This document shows, piece by piece, positions 1-12,679 of a stretch of DNA of 64,000 nucleotides. The number at the start of each line of letters is the position of its first letter. Position 1 is the first letter of the stretch. A program made the translations under genes and the position numbers. Under the pieces are notes generated by a model. It was not told the DNA's origin. It saw nothing but the letters and a program-made list of their open reading frames with translations, and did no database searches. Source of the stretch: Raillietiella orientalis (taxonomy: Eukaryota); contig JAYWIR010000009.1 in the NCBI GenBank assembly GCA_036172245.1, positions 1,798,001-1,862,000 on the forward strand, written 5' to 3'.

Positions 1-620
1 ACGGATGCGCGGAGGACAGACGCAGGTGCCGGGAGCTTCTGAAAGCGAAATCTCGGAAACGAAAGGGGGAAAGAAGAGGAAAGGATGCAAGTGGGCGTGG
101 TTCTGAGTGGTCAGCATTCGAGCAAATGGAGTCGTCGCAGACTCCGAGGGAACGCAGATGCTGCCTTGTTCCTTTCATTCTGCGCCGGAAGGAAGACCGC
201 TTCGTTGTCCCCGAGTGGGGAGCGAGTATATTCGGATTTCGGGATTCCAGCAGCCTCGCCGGAGACCCTCGAAAACTTGCTATTGGGTACAGGAAGCACG
301 GAGGAGCTCCTCGTGACCTCCAGACGACGACGCCTAGCCGGAGAGAAAGAGGGACATGCGGTCCGCTTCTCACCTTTCCTCTTCCGCCCCTAACGTAGCG
401 GACTCTGTAGAGACGTGTCAGACACCCCACGAGGCGACGCGACTACGACTTCTCTGCTGCTCTCTTCTAAAAGAGTCTTCCTCTAGATGAGTCTGCATCC
501 TCTGTCCGCTATCCATGGGGTAGGCCAGGCGTCGCATCTGCGAAGCGACAGAGCGAACTACGCGAGCACGCCGCGTTCCTCTTGTCTTCGGGGTTCCTCG
601 CTTGATCCAATCCTTCGCAT
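1..620 (-). mobile_element. Possible LINE ORF1-end/endonuclease-start fossil running off the window
   Basis: Minus strand FLYPIASFRGSPARLLESRNPNILAPHSGT (205-295) resembles an APE endonuclease N-terminus and is preceded by S/R-rich low-complexity sequence. Confidence 0.22.
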
Positions 621-2120
621 CCTAGTTCTGGACCGGGAAAACTAGAGTCGAGAGCTTTAAATCGCTGCACTTCTCAGAGTATCCTCGAAGAGGCGGAGCA
701 AAACCAGAGAGGGGGCATTTTTTGTGCACCAAGCCGGAGCGAGGAGTCAATGCGCTCAGCGGTCTTTTCTTTTTTTCGGTGCACCCTCGCGACAAGAGCC
801 CCAGCCAATCTCGCAATTGCTACAGGACAGCGGGATCGAAGGCGAGAATGTGACCTCTCTAGAGAGATGAAAGAATGCGCGCGGGTTTCCATAGTGAAAA
901 GAGGTCACAGACTGTCTGGTGGTAGCCCAATGCTGGCAGGAGAGCCGGAAGCCAAAATCCAACCCGCCTGCTTTTCCTCCTTGCCCTCACCGATTTCCAC
1001 AGGAAATGTTTTTCTTTTTTTTTTCTTTTTCATCGGAGGAAAATGCGGGAGGGGGGGAGGGAAGGTGATAAAGCAAAAGGAAGCCAGAAAAACGCCTTTT
1101 TTCGAGGGTGTCCGCATCAGAAATCCCGCGACCCCCCTCGTTGGGAATCTGCGACCGCCGACCCGCCTGCACAGCCGACAGCTGACTTTTCAAAGAGTGG
1201 CGAACGCGACGACAGCTCTGCGGGAAGACTTTGGGGACACATCCTCTCCAGACCGGCATCGGCACGAGCCTGCATGAAGAGAGGCACTGGCCACCAGGAG
1301 CTCTGTTCCATCCGCAGTGGAACCCGGCTCGCGTCTTCCTCAACACTCGGGAACTTCGTTCTCACTTATCCGTCCTCCGCTAATGGAGAAATATCTGATA
1401 ACAACCCTCGGGAGAAAGGTGAAACGCTGTCCGAACCGCGAGAGAGCAAAAATGCCGGCATGGCAAACCTCCGGGATAGATTAAAAGGCAGGTTAGGAAA
1501 TTGCATGCCTTTAAACGTTTTATGGAGCGTGAAGACTGATGGGATCGATTCCCCAGAGTCCATTTCTCTGCAAGAGTCTGGAGGGGCAGGGGACCGTGCC
1601 GTGCATGCGTTCGATGCGACAGCAGCAGCGTGCGCAATTGGGGAGCAGCAGCACGGGACGATCCAGGATCCGCATCTATTCCGTACCTGCTCTCCCGGGC
1701 ACCAGGGAGCCGCTCGTTGTCTTCCGGAACACGCATTTCATGAGTGATGGGCGAACGGCATTCCACTGATGTCCTTACTTTGCTTTCCTTCGCCTTCCGA
1801 ATTCCCTTGTAAAACGATCCGCCCGTTTGGGGAATTTGCGTGCCTCGAGGGCTGCCCAGCGGATCACGTGAACATTAGAATGAAATCAAGGAAAAAGGAA
1901 AGAATGACTTGGATGACACGACGTCATCAGCGTTCCTCAAGGATCCGGAGCAGAAACGCGGCAGTTCTACCACGCCACCCCCTGCGAATGTCAACAGCTT
2001 TTTCAGGGATTCGAAGTTCAGCGTTGCCAATTGTGTATTTCCAATCAGTCACCGAAATAGAAGGTTTACTTGCGCAATGGTCCTTTACTCTCCCCGAGTA
2101 GAGAGCCAACTCCCAACGCA

Positions 2121-2131
2121 GTGTGTGTGTG

Positions 2132-2162
<31 letters not shown>

Positions 2163-2164
2163 TA
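2121..2164. repeat. (GT)n + poly(T) microsatellite
   Basis: Directly visible. Confidence 0.95.
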
Positions 2165-2419
2165 CAGACGTGGGCCAAGCAGGACGTGGAGGACAAACTC
2201 AGGAACGCACCCAAAACGAACGGGGAAACGCGGAAAGGGAACCGAAGATGGGATCACTTACCGAGGCGCGTTTCTCGAGCTCTTTCGTAACGACAAGCAG
2301 AACGATTGAGCTTCGGAAGAAAGAACGAAGCCTTCTCGCGGGGATGGGGAGAGGGGGGGATGATCTCAGTGCATTTTCTCAGGTGTTCTGAAACTCCATC
2401 CTCAAGCCTGGGGCCGTAG

Positions 2420-3300
2420 GGATGGACACAAATTTCCGAAGTGCGGATGCGACCGCGGCTGCATGCACGCCTGGAATGCTTTGGGGCCACTCTACGGAAA
2501 AGGGGGTTTTCCATTCCGGCTCTCCCTTGAGAAAGCGGAAAAGGGGGGAACTCCTGAGCGTGCTGCTTCCTTGGGCGGGACGAGCCAACTCACGACAAGC
2601 TTTCCAGACGAACTCGCAGGAAGAGTGTGTCACCTCGGGTCGGACTGAAAAGCATCTACGTCGTTTTCCACAGTCGTTCACTTCTGAGGTTCGGTCGTCA
2701 AGAAGACGTGGCTCTGTTCCCACCTGGGAATCCGTCCTGATGGATGCACCATTTGTCCTGAGCACCCTTTCGCACCGGAAGTGTGCGTTGCTTCAGCGGC
2801 AGCCGACGGCTGCCGACATTCCTGGAAATTCAACCGGTGGCATCCGTTGCCATTCATTTCCCAAGATGCACAGCATCACGACGAAGCAACCACTCGGGAA
2901 TAGGTAGAGCTCCTCCATTCCTGCATCTTTCCTTCTCTTGACACGCGTCTCGCAGGGGAAAGGAAATGAGTCCTTTGAGAAACGGTGCTCTCTCGGAAGC
3001 GGGAGCAAGTCTCAGGTCTGGAAAGGGGGGATCCAGGAAAGCAAAGGGATCTGCAATCCTCCTAGCCATCAGTGCGCGCGCTGGACCTAACGACTGCCGG
3101 TGCCATGCTGAATTCGCGGATGAATATTCGCGACTCTCTTCGATCTGCCAAGAAGGAATGCGGCGAGGAAACGCCAGAGTGGTGCAGAAAGGATTTTCGC
3201 TTTTCCTCTGCAAGCCACCAACGGAATAAAACCTGCCCGAATTCCACACTCAGGAAATGGCCCCGACCCCCCGATCCACCTTTACCTCTCGGAAGGAAAT
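2420..3300 (+). mobile_element. Possible highly decayed I/Jockey-group LINE RT fragment
   Basis: RQAFQT, VLMDAPFVLSTLSH, LRNGALSEAGASL, EFADE (3110-3124), EWCRKDFRFS appear in the order expected for RT motifs, but all are degenerate. Confidence 0.3.
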
Positions 3301-3589
3301 CAAGATAAAGAATCGACGCCTTGCGAGTCCCATTAGGAGAAACAGGAGAAGGGAAATCACAAAAACAGTCGGCGCGCTGCATCTTTCCCCCCCTCCCCCC
3401 GGTTTGCCTGTGGATTAGGAAACTCGGGGAGGGGGGGGGGGGAAACAGAGATCGAGAAGCACACACCAATCGGACTGCCGCCAGCGATCGCTGAGGTAGT
3501 CAGCTGCCATGCTTTCGCAGAGTGCGGCCACCAGCACGCTCGTATCTGGACCGGCGCCGTAGTGTTGCTATCCTCCTGCAACGGTGACG

Positions 3590-3712
3590 ATGAGGAGTCG
3601 CATTCCCGTCAACATTTCGAGAATCCGCAGCAAGGCGGAGGAGGAACGGTTGCGAACGAGGAAGAATTCCTATCGTCCGCCCAAGAAATCGAGAATTCCT
3701 CGTTGCGAGCTG
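3590..3712 (+). CDS. Candidate first coding exon of the JAKMIP-like gene (MRSRIPVNISRIRSKAEEERLRTRKNSYRPPKKSRIPRCEL)
   Basis: ATG at 3590 with A at -3 and an in-frame upstream TAG at 3560. 41 codons end at a strong phase-0 donor CTG|GTGAGC. Possible upstream acceptor TTTCGCAG at 3520. Two SRIP motifs. Linkage to the 12311 exon is inferred from phase compatibility only. Confidence 0.5.
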
Positions 3713-3825
3713 GTGAGCAACTAAAATTTCGTGATCGCATCTTTGACTGCATTCCTCCATCCTGCCTCCCCCCCTCTCTCCCTCCCCGCTTTCACCTTGT
3801 TATTTTCCGATTTCTCTTGACGAAG

Positions 3826-3861
3826 GCGTGGCTCGGGGTGCAGCTCTGTGCTGAGCTTCAG
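3826..3861 (+). CDS. Possible 36-nt phase 0-0 mini-exon (AWLGVQLCAELQ)
   Basis: Long polypyrimidine tract 3760-3820, AAG acceptor at 3825, donor CAG|GTAAAA at 3862; frame-preserving. Confidence 0.3.
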
Positions 3862-6800
3862 GTAAAAATGGGATCCCAGCAGGAGCTGAAACCAGGAGGA
3901 AGAAGCGGGCCCACGGGCGAAAAGACAGGCTCGCTTTCAAAGCGCACCAATCGAGCGGTGGACTTCCTTCCCGAATGTTCCTTCGGTCGTCCAGCAATGC
4001 ACGCGACGGGAGGAAGGGGTGAGGCAGGGCGCGAAAGACGCCCCCCTCCTCCCCCGCATGCACTGTTGCGCGGTGTTCGGACGTCGGTTGTTGCCAAGCG
4101 CGGGCAGATGGTCGCGTTGCCGGTGCGGCGCGAGGTGAGGCTGCGGTCGCTTGGAGCGAGCGAGGGACCAAGGGGATGCGCGCGAACCACCCACGGAAGT
4201 GCAGGCCGGATGGGCAAGGAAGCTGGAGCTCCTGGATCGGAACGCACTGGCTGCTGCGGACGCGTTTTCGAAAGGCTGAGCTTTTCCGGCGTCTCAGCAT
4301 GGGTGGGAAAAAAACCACTTTCCCGTGCGTGGACTCATGTTTTGACCGCGTGTGCCTTTTAAGGCATCTTCTTCCCCCCCCATCCCCCATCCCCCACTTT
4401 CCTCCTCCGGATAAGCACGGAACGTTCACTCGCTGAATATCGGCAATCCATGGTGCGGATGCGATCTCTTCCCCTCCTTCCCGGAGGAGGCCTGCGGAAG
4501 CCTCCGAAGACGAGAGCCCAAGTAGGTTCTTGACGAAAAGAGAACTTCGTCCAGAGGGTGCACCCCAAATTCGAGGCTTCTGCTTCTTCTGTCGCATTTT
4601 CGCGAGATGCCCAGAAGCAGCAGCCAGCAGATGCTCTTCCAAGCCGAGCCGAGCGGAATGTGCGTGGCGCATTCGAAAGAAGGCAGGAAAAAATGGCTGC
4701 AACCGCGGGCAAATGGCCCGCTGGAAAAAAATACCCTTCTTAACTCTCCAAAGGGTTCTCCCTTTCCGCCTACCTCGCCAGCAACTTGTGAATAGGGCAG
4801 CAGGAAGGACCACATTCGTTTTTACGACCACAGTGGTCTTATAGGTGGACTTCCCATCTTTTGACGCTCGTTTCAGCACAAACGCTACGCCCTAGCTACG
4901 AGCAGAGATGGAATCTTGCCGTCGTTGCAGAGATCCTCTTCCGTCGGAAAGATGCAGGCGATTCTGGAGGAAGGAGGCTTCGCGTTTCCCGTTGCTACGC
5001 CTACCGCTCTGCGCGCCGCGGCTCCTTTCGTCGTTTTTCTTGTGGCGGACGAAAAGAGCCCAAAACGACAAACGTTCGCACCTCCCGATTATGCTGGGAA
5101 AAGGAATTTCCGCATACGCAGATGCATGACCTATGCCGTAATGGGGGGGGGGGGGGGATTCCATCGCAACGTCCACCTACATGACGATTTCCATAGCAAA
5201 TCTCCACATGGGAAGGACCGAAAGGTTACGTGTCGACCCCAACAGGCACGTCGGTACGTCGTGTGCAATGGAAAGGGTATATTTATCCGCAGCCCTTTCA
5301 TTTCTTTGCCCGTCTTGGAATTTGCAGCGGACTTTCTTCATCCCATCTCTGATAAATCTGTGGAAGCGGCATCGGTTGCTGCAAGTGGTTCCTCGTTACG
5401 TGTTTTCGGTTGGTGGTCTCCCTTTCGGCAAAGAATTTCGAATGGGAGCAATCAGAAGACCAACAGACTTTTCTATTCGGATTTTCTAAAGGGAATGCGC
5501 TCTGCGGAAGCAAAAAGGCGCGATAGGTAGGCAAGCTCAGGGACCAGAAGAATCGTAGGGGGAAGAATGCTTCAAGTCGAGGATGTGCACGAGTAGAGGC
5601 GCTCTGGTTCTATGCCTCCTGTCTCCATCTTCCTTCTTCCAGCGCCTGGAAGGCAAGCGACCCTGGGTGCAAGGAAAAGGGATTTTTCGGTGAAGACTAC
5701 AAATCGTCGTTCGCTTGTCGGCTTCGCTATTCCTTCCCTCTTTGTGGGACGCCATGGCCTCATAACGGGCTTAATAGGTTCCGCGATCCAAGTCCCAAAG
5801 GTCATCTGAGAATACCTCCTCTTACGTTGCCAGGCATCGTTCCCTCACGAAGCGACGTTTGCCGTCTTCCCCGTGCGCACCTCGCAGCTCCGCGCGGTGT
5901 CCGGAAGCGAAAGCAGTTGCAGCGTAGGGCAGTCTTCAGGGAACGCTGGGGACCTATGCCACTCGTGGCGGAAGATCGTTTTCTGAACCAGAGCGTCTCA
6001 GACAGGTTGGCTTTCGTCGCCGAGCTCGCAGAATGGCAACCGTGTTTCTTGGGCCGGGACTACGCCTCTTCGCTCGCTTGAAGAACGGATAAGCAAATGG
6101 AAGCTTCTAGGCTGAGAGTTGGTTCGTCCCGTTGCTTATGGACACCGAGCGATCCCATCAAGAAGAATGGGAACCAGGAGCGGCCGTCCTGTTTCGACTA
6201 CCGGAAGTTACTTCTTTGTGCTTTCGCTCCGCAGGTTATTTGCGGATGCCTGCTGTTTCCCTTGGGTCTCTTCCGTGGTCGCTGTTATGGCCATTAGGAC
6301 GGTGGAAGAAATGAAAACCGAATCCTAAGATCTTTCCTCCTGTGAATCGTGTTGGACGCTTCCTCGGAACGGAGCAGCGGTGGCCTCTCCGACTTGACCT
6401 TGATGACCTTTCTTTGCAACCCTCTTCAAAAGGTCACTGATGGCTTCGCTCGCTCAAGTCGAAAACACTTCACAAAGGTCCTGCCTTAGATGTCTCATTT
6501 CGTTTCCAAGACGACTCGTGACGTGCTACCGACCAATTCGTTATTGGTGCTCTGACCGGTCGAGCGGCCCCGACGGCGCCCAAAACTTCTCCGCGCCCTG
6601 CCGCAGAGTTCTTCACCGGAATGCCGGTCAAATGCATGCGGGGAGCCTTTCCGTTTCCGGAGCAACACAAACACGAAAACGAGCCCACGCCGCGTGGGTC
6701 CATCAAATGGGTTCACGTTTGGAACGGAAGATCAGTCTCGCTCGCTGCTGCCCTGTATTCAAGGTTCACGGCACACATCTTTTGACGAACATCACGCAAA

Positions 6801-9800
6801 ACGAGGAAGGAACGAAAGTGAATTACGGATAAGTGGGGGCGGAAAGAACCGACATCAGCACTCGGAGCAGACAATCGTATCTGAAGTGCGTGTGCAGCCA
6901 GCGGTTTCCGTTTCCGATGCGTCATTTTCCGCCCGTTCCCTCCGAAGCATTCCGATTCGTTCGCACTCCCGAGCTTCCCTCGAATGGACGCTATTTTTTT
7001 GGTGGTTCATCCGCCGCCCCGACGGAAGCGCGGGCGGCACCCATGGCAACCCAAAGCAGCAGCAGCAGCAGCAGCGCCTGGGTGTGTATGTGTGTCGAAT
7101 CCCGGACGGTCCCGAATAGGCTGCGAGCGAGCTGCTGACGGCCAACGAGCCACGTTTTGCGCGCGCTGGGCCTCCTCCGGTGGGGGCGGCGCGGAGCGAG
7201 CGAGCCGTCCAGCGCGCGTGTTGCACGCGCCTCTTTGCAGCAGCAGTCCATGTCGTGCACTTTGAGGCTTGACCTCTGCCACCCGAGCGGGGTTGGTGGC
7301 GGAAGCAGCGCGGGGCGCGCCATTTTCTCTCCCCCCTCCCCCCTCCCGCAGTCGGCGAATCCGTTTCCGTTGCGGCGGCGCGAGGAACTCGTGTCGGGCT
7401 TGCGTGGTGCGCCCTCTCAAAAAGTCGAGTTCGGCCCTCCGTTCTACCCGCGTCTTCGGGCCCGGCCGAAGCTGCCGCTCCCGGCCCGCGTGGAGGCCCC
7501 CTCGCTCCCTGACGTCGCGTCTCGTGCGCGTTAGGGGAGGAAAGCAGGGTCCCACAGCGAGACCCTGTTCCTCGGGGATTCGCTTCGTCGCGGGCGGTTC
7601 GCTCTTGCGGGGCGCGAGTGGACGTCTTAGGCGAAATGGGGCCGTGGCGGTATACGGGTAGGTGGACTGCTTGTGAGCCAAGGCGATCGTCGGGGAAGGG
7701 GAAGATGGGTCCGCCGCCAGAGACGACCCGGGTTTCCAGCACTGCCGCGGTTCCGTCGCTGTGCACTTCCCGCCGTGGTGCTTCTCGGGACGCCTCCCTG
7801 GACCCAGCATCTCGTTCCGGTTTCGAACTCCGGGATTGTGCGGGCGGGGAGCACCCACTGCGTCTTCTCCCCCCCCCCCGGGGGGGGGGGAGAATTGCCG
7901 CGCCTCCTCGGAGCACCCGGAAGTATGGCGGCAGCGGCGCGCTCAACAATGGGGCGCGCGGCTCGCGCGACTTCCTTTGCCCGAGGAAATAACGCGGCGA
8001 GCGACGCGCCCGCCACAGCAGAGAGCGGATGAGCGGCGCCACGGTCACGAAAGGGTTCCGATCCCTCCCCATTTTTCTCCTTTTCTTGCCGATCTCGGAA
8101 CGTTCTTGGCATTTTTTGTCGGGGCGTCGGCGAAAGGAGGGAACGAGGAAGGCGCGAGTGGCCCCCTCCGCCAGCGGGTATGCTGTTCTCGGCTGCCACC
8201 GCCGCAGGAGGAGAATCCATCCACTCCCTGCGCGGGAGACACTCCTCGTTTTGCTCCGGCTGCCCTTCTAGAGGGCAACCCTGATGAGAGGAAGGGAAGG
8301 GCTGCTGCCGCCTGCCTCATCCGTAGACCGCTGCCGCAGCTGGAGGGGTCATTCGGGACGCTCGACCTCCCTCCCTCCCTTTGCTCCGGAGGGGGTGTCG
8401 CCTCTACCAACTGCTCGACAGCATCGCGCGGGGAAGACCGGTGGTCTCTTCCGTCTCCCCTTTCTTTCTACGTCGTCCACTGGCCGATGTGTAGCCACGA
8501 GATGGTTCGGGAGGGACCCTCATCTCCCCACTCTCTCTGGCTTTTCCTCGGCCGACTCGGGGCGGGAAAAGCCGGATCTCCTCCCGGCCGGGACTGCCCT
8601 CCTGGTTCTGTCTTTCCCGCCGCCGCGGGGCTTCCTGGGGCAGCGCTCGCTCGCCCCTCCCTTCCTTCCCCCCCATCAGAAAGTGTTGCAAGGAGTGGGG
8701 CGCGGCGGAAGAGCCGACCTCGCAAGGAGATAAGCGAGGAAGCTGCAAGAGCTCTGCGCGGCCCCTTTCCGGCTCGCGGCGCTTCCGTCCCTGGTTGTAC
8801 CCGCTGACCTGGCCGCGGCCGGCACCTCTGCGCGCGCGCTGCCTTCGTCAGCCTCAGGGTGTTGCTGCCGCGACCACCCGCCTCTGCTTTCGCCGGAGCG
8901 ACGTCGCTACCGGTTCGCGCGGGCGGCGGTTTCGGCAGCGCGCCAGGTCCCCCGTGTACGTGAGCGGGCCGCTGCCACCTGCCCTCCTTGGAATGGGACC
9001 GGTGGCAGGGCGGGCAGGTTGCAGTGTGCTGGGTCCCCGGAAAGTCGGATGCAGCCGGGAACCCCCGGCCTTCCGCCGCAAGCGCAGGTGACCGTCTCCT
9101 TTGGCGGACGGTGACGGCGGCGCGCCAGCGACGGACGTCTCCGCCCGGGTACGCGCGCGCGCAGGAGAGAGGGCGCGCCGTCGGGGAGAGATCTCGTGGG
9201 GGTCATGCGAGGACCATCCTCGAGCCCCTCGCTTCCTCGCGGGGCAGGAAGCATCCTGCCAGCGTCCGCGAGGCTCGCTCCCGGGCGCACAGGGGACCCC
9301 GAGGCTGCCGGTCAGGAGGGGGCGAACGAACGTCCCCTCTCCGTCGGGTCCAGCCTTTCCCGACGTGACCCCTCATCCTTCTCCTGTTTCATCCCGTGTC
9401 CCTCTTCCAGCTGCTCCCGAAGGCGTCTCTCGTCGGAAGCGCGTCCTCCCAGAAGCAGGAAGGTGGGACCAAGCGTCGCAGGCTGTCGGAAGGAAGCAGA
9501 TCGCCCCACACGGTGGCCAGGAAGGTATGGGCGTCCTCCCCGACCGCCGACTTTGCTCCCGCACCCCGGGCGATCTCACGAGGGGCGGAGAGGAGCCATC
9601 GCCTCCGCAGGAAAGTGATAAGAGGAAAGTGATATACCCTGCGGAGGTATTCTCCCCTACCCCCCCGAAGTCTCCACGGAGACGCGCGCGCGACGGGACG
9701 TACGACATGACGCGGGAGCTCCAGGAGTGCCTCCTCGCCCGAGCGGCTGAGACTCGGACCCAGGGGTGTCCGCCCCTGTGAGACGGCGGTGCTGCGTTGC

Positions 9801-10099
9801 CGCAGCGACTGTGGCAGACAGCAGCGGATTCATCCCCCCTCTCTTACAAAGGGGGAGATTTGGTCGCATCCCTCGGGGTGCAACGGTCCCCGGGTCGTTC
9901 GGAGGAGGTGGAAGAGGGCGGTAAGGGGGACCCGTTTCCACGGCGACGCGGGGATGCCGGTCCGCCTCCGGAGGATCCTCCCAGCGGGGTTCCATTGGTC
10001 CTCCGGGCTCCCTGCCCCGGAGAGAGGAAGCTCAACACTCAGGAGGGACCCGCCCCTTGGGGATCCGCGGGGGATGAGGGAAATGAGCCTACGCGCTCT

Positions 10100-12250
10100 A
10101 CGAGAGTCCACCATCTTTCTCTTCCAGTCCGTGGGCTGCCAGGCCGACCTGCCGCCTCCCCAGGCGCTGACCCCTCCAGGTGACCGCACAGCCGCTAGTG
10201 CTGCTGGAGACTCGGGAGCCTTCCAGGTAAGCATGGTGCACTCCTTGGAGTGTATGGGGTGGTGTTCCGTGGCTTTCTGTCGAGTGAGCCTGAAGGTGTC
10301 CCGCAGCGTCGCTGGAGGCGTTTGGCGTCGAGTGGGCGGTTTAGAAGGGGAGCGCTGCGTGTTCTGGCATGAGCGAGTGGTGTGGGCCGAGCGAGGGATC
10401 CGACCGGGGGGTGTCGGGGTGGGCTTTAGGGCGTCCCCACGTGCTGCGTGCGGGGTGGCGGGCCAGCGGTTTGCGCCGATGCGGGCAGGAAAGGGCGGAA
10501 GGGGTGAGGAGGGCGGTAAAGGGGGTGGAACTTGCGCGGGAGCTACCGACTCCACCTCAAACGGTCACGAGGGTTCACTGCGGTGGGCGCTCGGGGCTTG
10601 TCGCTTGCCCTGAGGGCAGGTCAGCCGCTTGGAGCGCCGAGGGACGAGAACGTCCTCGTGTCGGTGGCGGGCTAAAAGGCACGCCGCCCTTGGAGTGTTG
10701 GGGGCGATAGAAAGTTCGCGATCCTCCTCACTGCTGCTGCTGACAACCGGGGGCTATGGTGCCGACTTTGGCGCAGAGGTTGGTGCTCTCCATCGTTCGC
10801 CGCTCTGGAGCCGCCAGCCTCCTCGGCATCCTGTTTAGACTTGTGAGGATTGGCTCTTCTTTGGTTGATGGCTCCATCGAGGCGCTCAGAGGGCCGCGCT
10901 CGCTGGGCGTTTCGGGACCTCCCGTGGACTCTTCAGGAGACTGCAGGATGAGGCGGGAGAAGGGCGGGCGACAAGACCCCCATCCCTCGTGCCCCGGAGG
11001 TCGCAGAAGGTCGGGACGGGAGAGCTCTCCACATGGCGGCAGCGGAGGGGGCGAAAGGGGAAGGCTGCGAACGGAGGAGGCCATGGCGCGGGGTTGCCTC
11101 GTCTTGGACAAATGCCGCGCACGAAGAGGCGCTCTCGCCTCGGTCGACCTGGCGCTGGCTGACCCCTCACCGAGAACGTTCGAAAATAGGGCGGGTTGAA
11201 GGTGGTCGAACGAAGGGCTCCGCCTCCGTTTCCATGGACGCCGCCCTCTCCCGAAGACATGGTCGCCTACTCCTCGTGGCGGCTGCTCCTGCCACTTCGG
11301 GGACCTACGCACGCAGAGCCATTTTTCCGGCGTTCTGACCTAGGAGTGGTCGGGGCAGCCACCCATTGCTCCACCCTCCGAAGTGCCATCTTCCTGCTGA
11401 CCTTCGGAAGAAGGGAGGGGGGAGAGATAAGTAAGGTGAAGGACGGGTGAAGATGCAGTGGTTGTCACACGGATGTTTTTTTTTTTTTTTTCTCTTAACC
11501 GCGTGTGGAGATGGCGACAACGCTCGTGCTGGGGAGGAGCGCGTTGCCATGTCGCTTGAAGCGTCGACCATCATCTCAGGCAGCTCGCGATGGTTTCTCC
11601 GACTATGTCCCTTGGTCTGGTCAACTCTGGCAACCACGGATGACCCCACTCGCGGCGACTGGCATCCTCTTCTCAAGAGCGATGAGGAGGATGGGGAGAG
11701 AGCAGTTGCCAGTGGGTCGGGCAGGGCGGAGCGAGGTGGACGCTTCTTCAAGGGGTTCCACGGGGTTGCCAGGAGCGCCGGAGTGAAGATGCGGGAGGAT
11801 GCCGTCGAGGACAGCGAGAGGCGAATCCATGGAAGGCTGGGCCCGCCTGGAAAAGGCGCGTCCAGAGGAAGGGGGAGGGGGTGACCAAAGGGGTGGGTGG
11901 TGGGAGTAGTGCCGAGGAGAGAGAGCAAAGGGCTTTTTGCTAACTTGCTATGGGATGTCTGGGGCTGAAGCAGACAGCTGGAGGCCCTGGTGACCACGTG
12001 GGAGCTCGCTCGCTTCTCCACCCCCGTCCGCTCCAGGAAGGGGTGGTAAGGCGCTCCCCCCCTGACCGGAATCGTCGCCCTATCACCACTCGGACCAGTT
12101 TTACAGCCGCGCCAGAGGGGCTTTTCGTAGGTGGGAGTCCCCCCGCCACCTGCACATCTCCAGAGACCTTGTCCGTCTCCCCAGCCCCGCCGATTTCACG
12201 ATTCCTCCATCCTCCACCCCTCTGCTTTTTTTCTCCGCGCCTTGAGGATG
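10100..12250 (-). mobile_element. Intronic decayed L1/Tx1-like RT-to-zinc-finger fragment, antisense to the host gene
   Basis: RPARPTGNCSLPILLIALE (11670-11730, cf. RGVRQGCPLSPxLFxLALE), LSRPDLLRPPGHEGWG (10975-11025, cf. post-RT GGLG motif), PATLRDTFRL (~10285-10315, cf. PRDIFRL in the 43900 copy). Confidence 0.5.
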
Positions 12251-12310
12251 CTTGCGGCGTTCCCACGCGACCGGGCACCCTTTGCTGATGCACACGCTCT
12301 TGTTCCCCAG

Positions 12311-12679
12311 GGCGTCGTTGGCGGGCCGCAAGCGGAGCGGACCGTGGATTACGAGGAGACGCCCGGGAGCGTCTGCCAAGCAAGTGGCCCATTCTGCCTC
12401 ACGACCTGCTCCGAAATGGTGGTGGCTTCCCGCTCTCTGGCGACGACGGACTGGAAGGAGCGCTCCTTCTGCACGAACATCATCGATTTCCCGATCCTGG
12501 AGGAGGAGGAGGAGATGAGCGTCTGCATGGACGACGACCCGGCGGAGGCGGCCGTGGCGGACGACGACAGGTGCCCGTCCGACAGAGCCCTGGCGAAAGA
12601 GAACGAGATACGTGAGCTGAGGGAGCAGAATGAGCTGCTGGAGTTCCGCGTGCTGGAGCTGGAGTCCATGCGCCACCAG
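12311..12679 (+). CDS. Exon with JAKMIP-like coiled-coil motif
   Basis: Acceptor CTCTTGTTCCCCAG|12311, donor CAG|GTAGAG at 12680; 123 codons ending LAKENEIRELREQNELLEFRVLELESMRHQ; strong GC3 bias. Confidence 0.8.

Noticed and set aside
9411..9524. Possible exon LLPKASLV...HTVARK with CAG acceptor and GTATGG donor
   Set aside because: Phase 0-0 and plausible, but it lies in a likely TE-derived GC-rich tract with no supporting homology; left out of the model pending RNA evidence.
6855..10613. Many overlapping 200-400 aa ORFs
   Set aside because: Open in several frames on both strands because high GC depletes stops; no recognisable domains.
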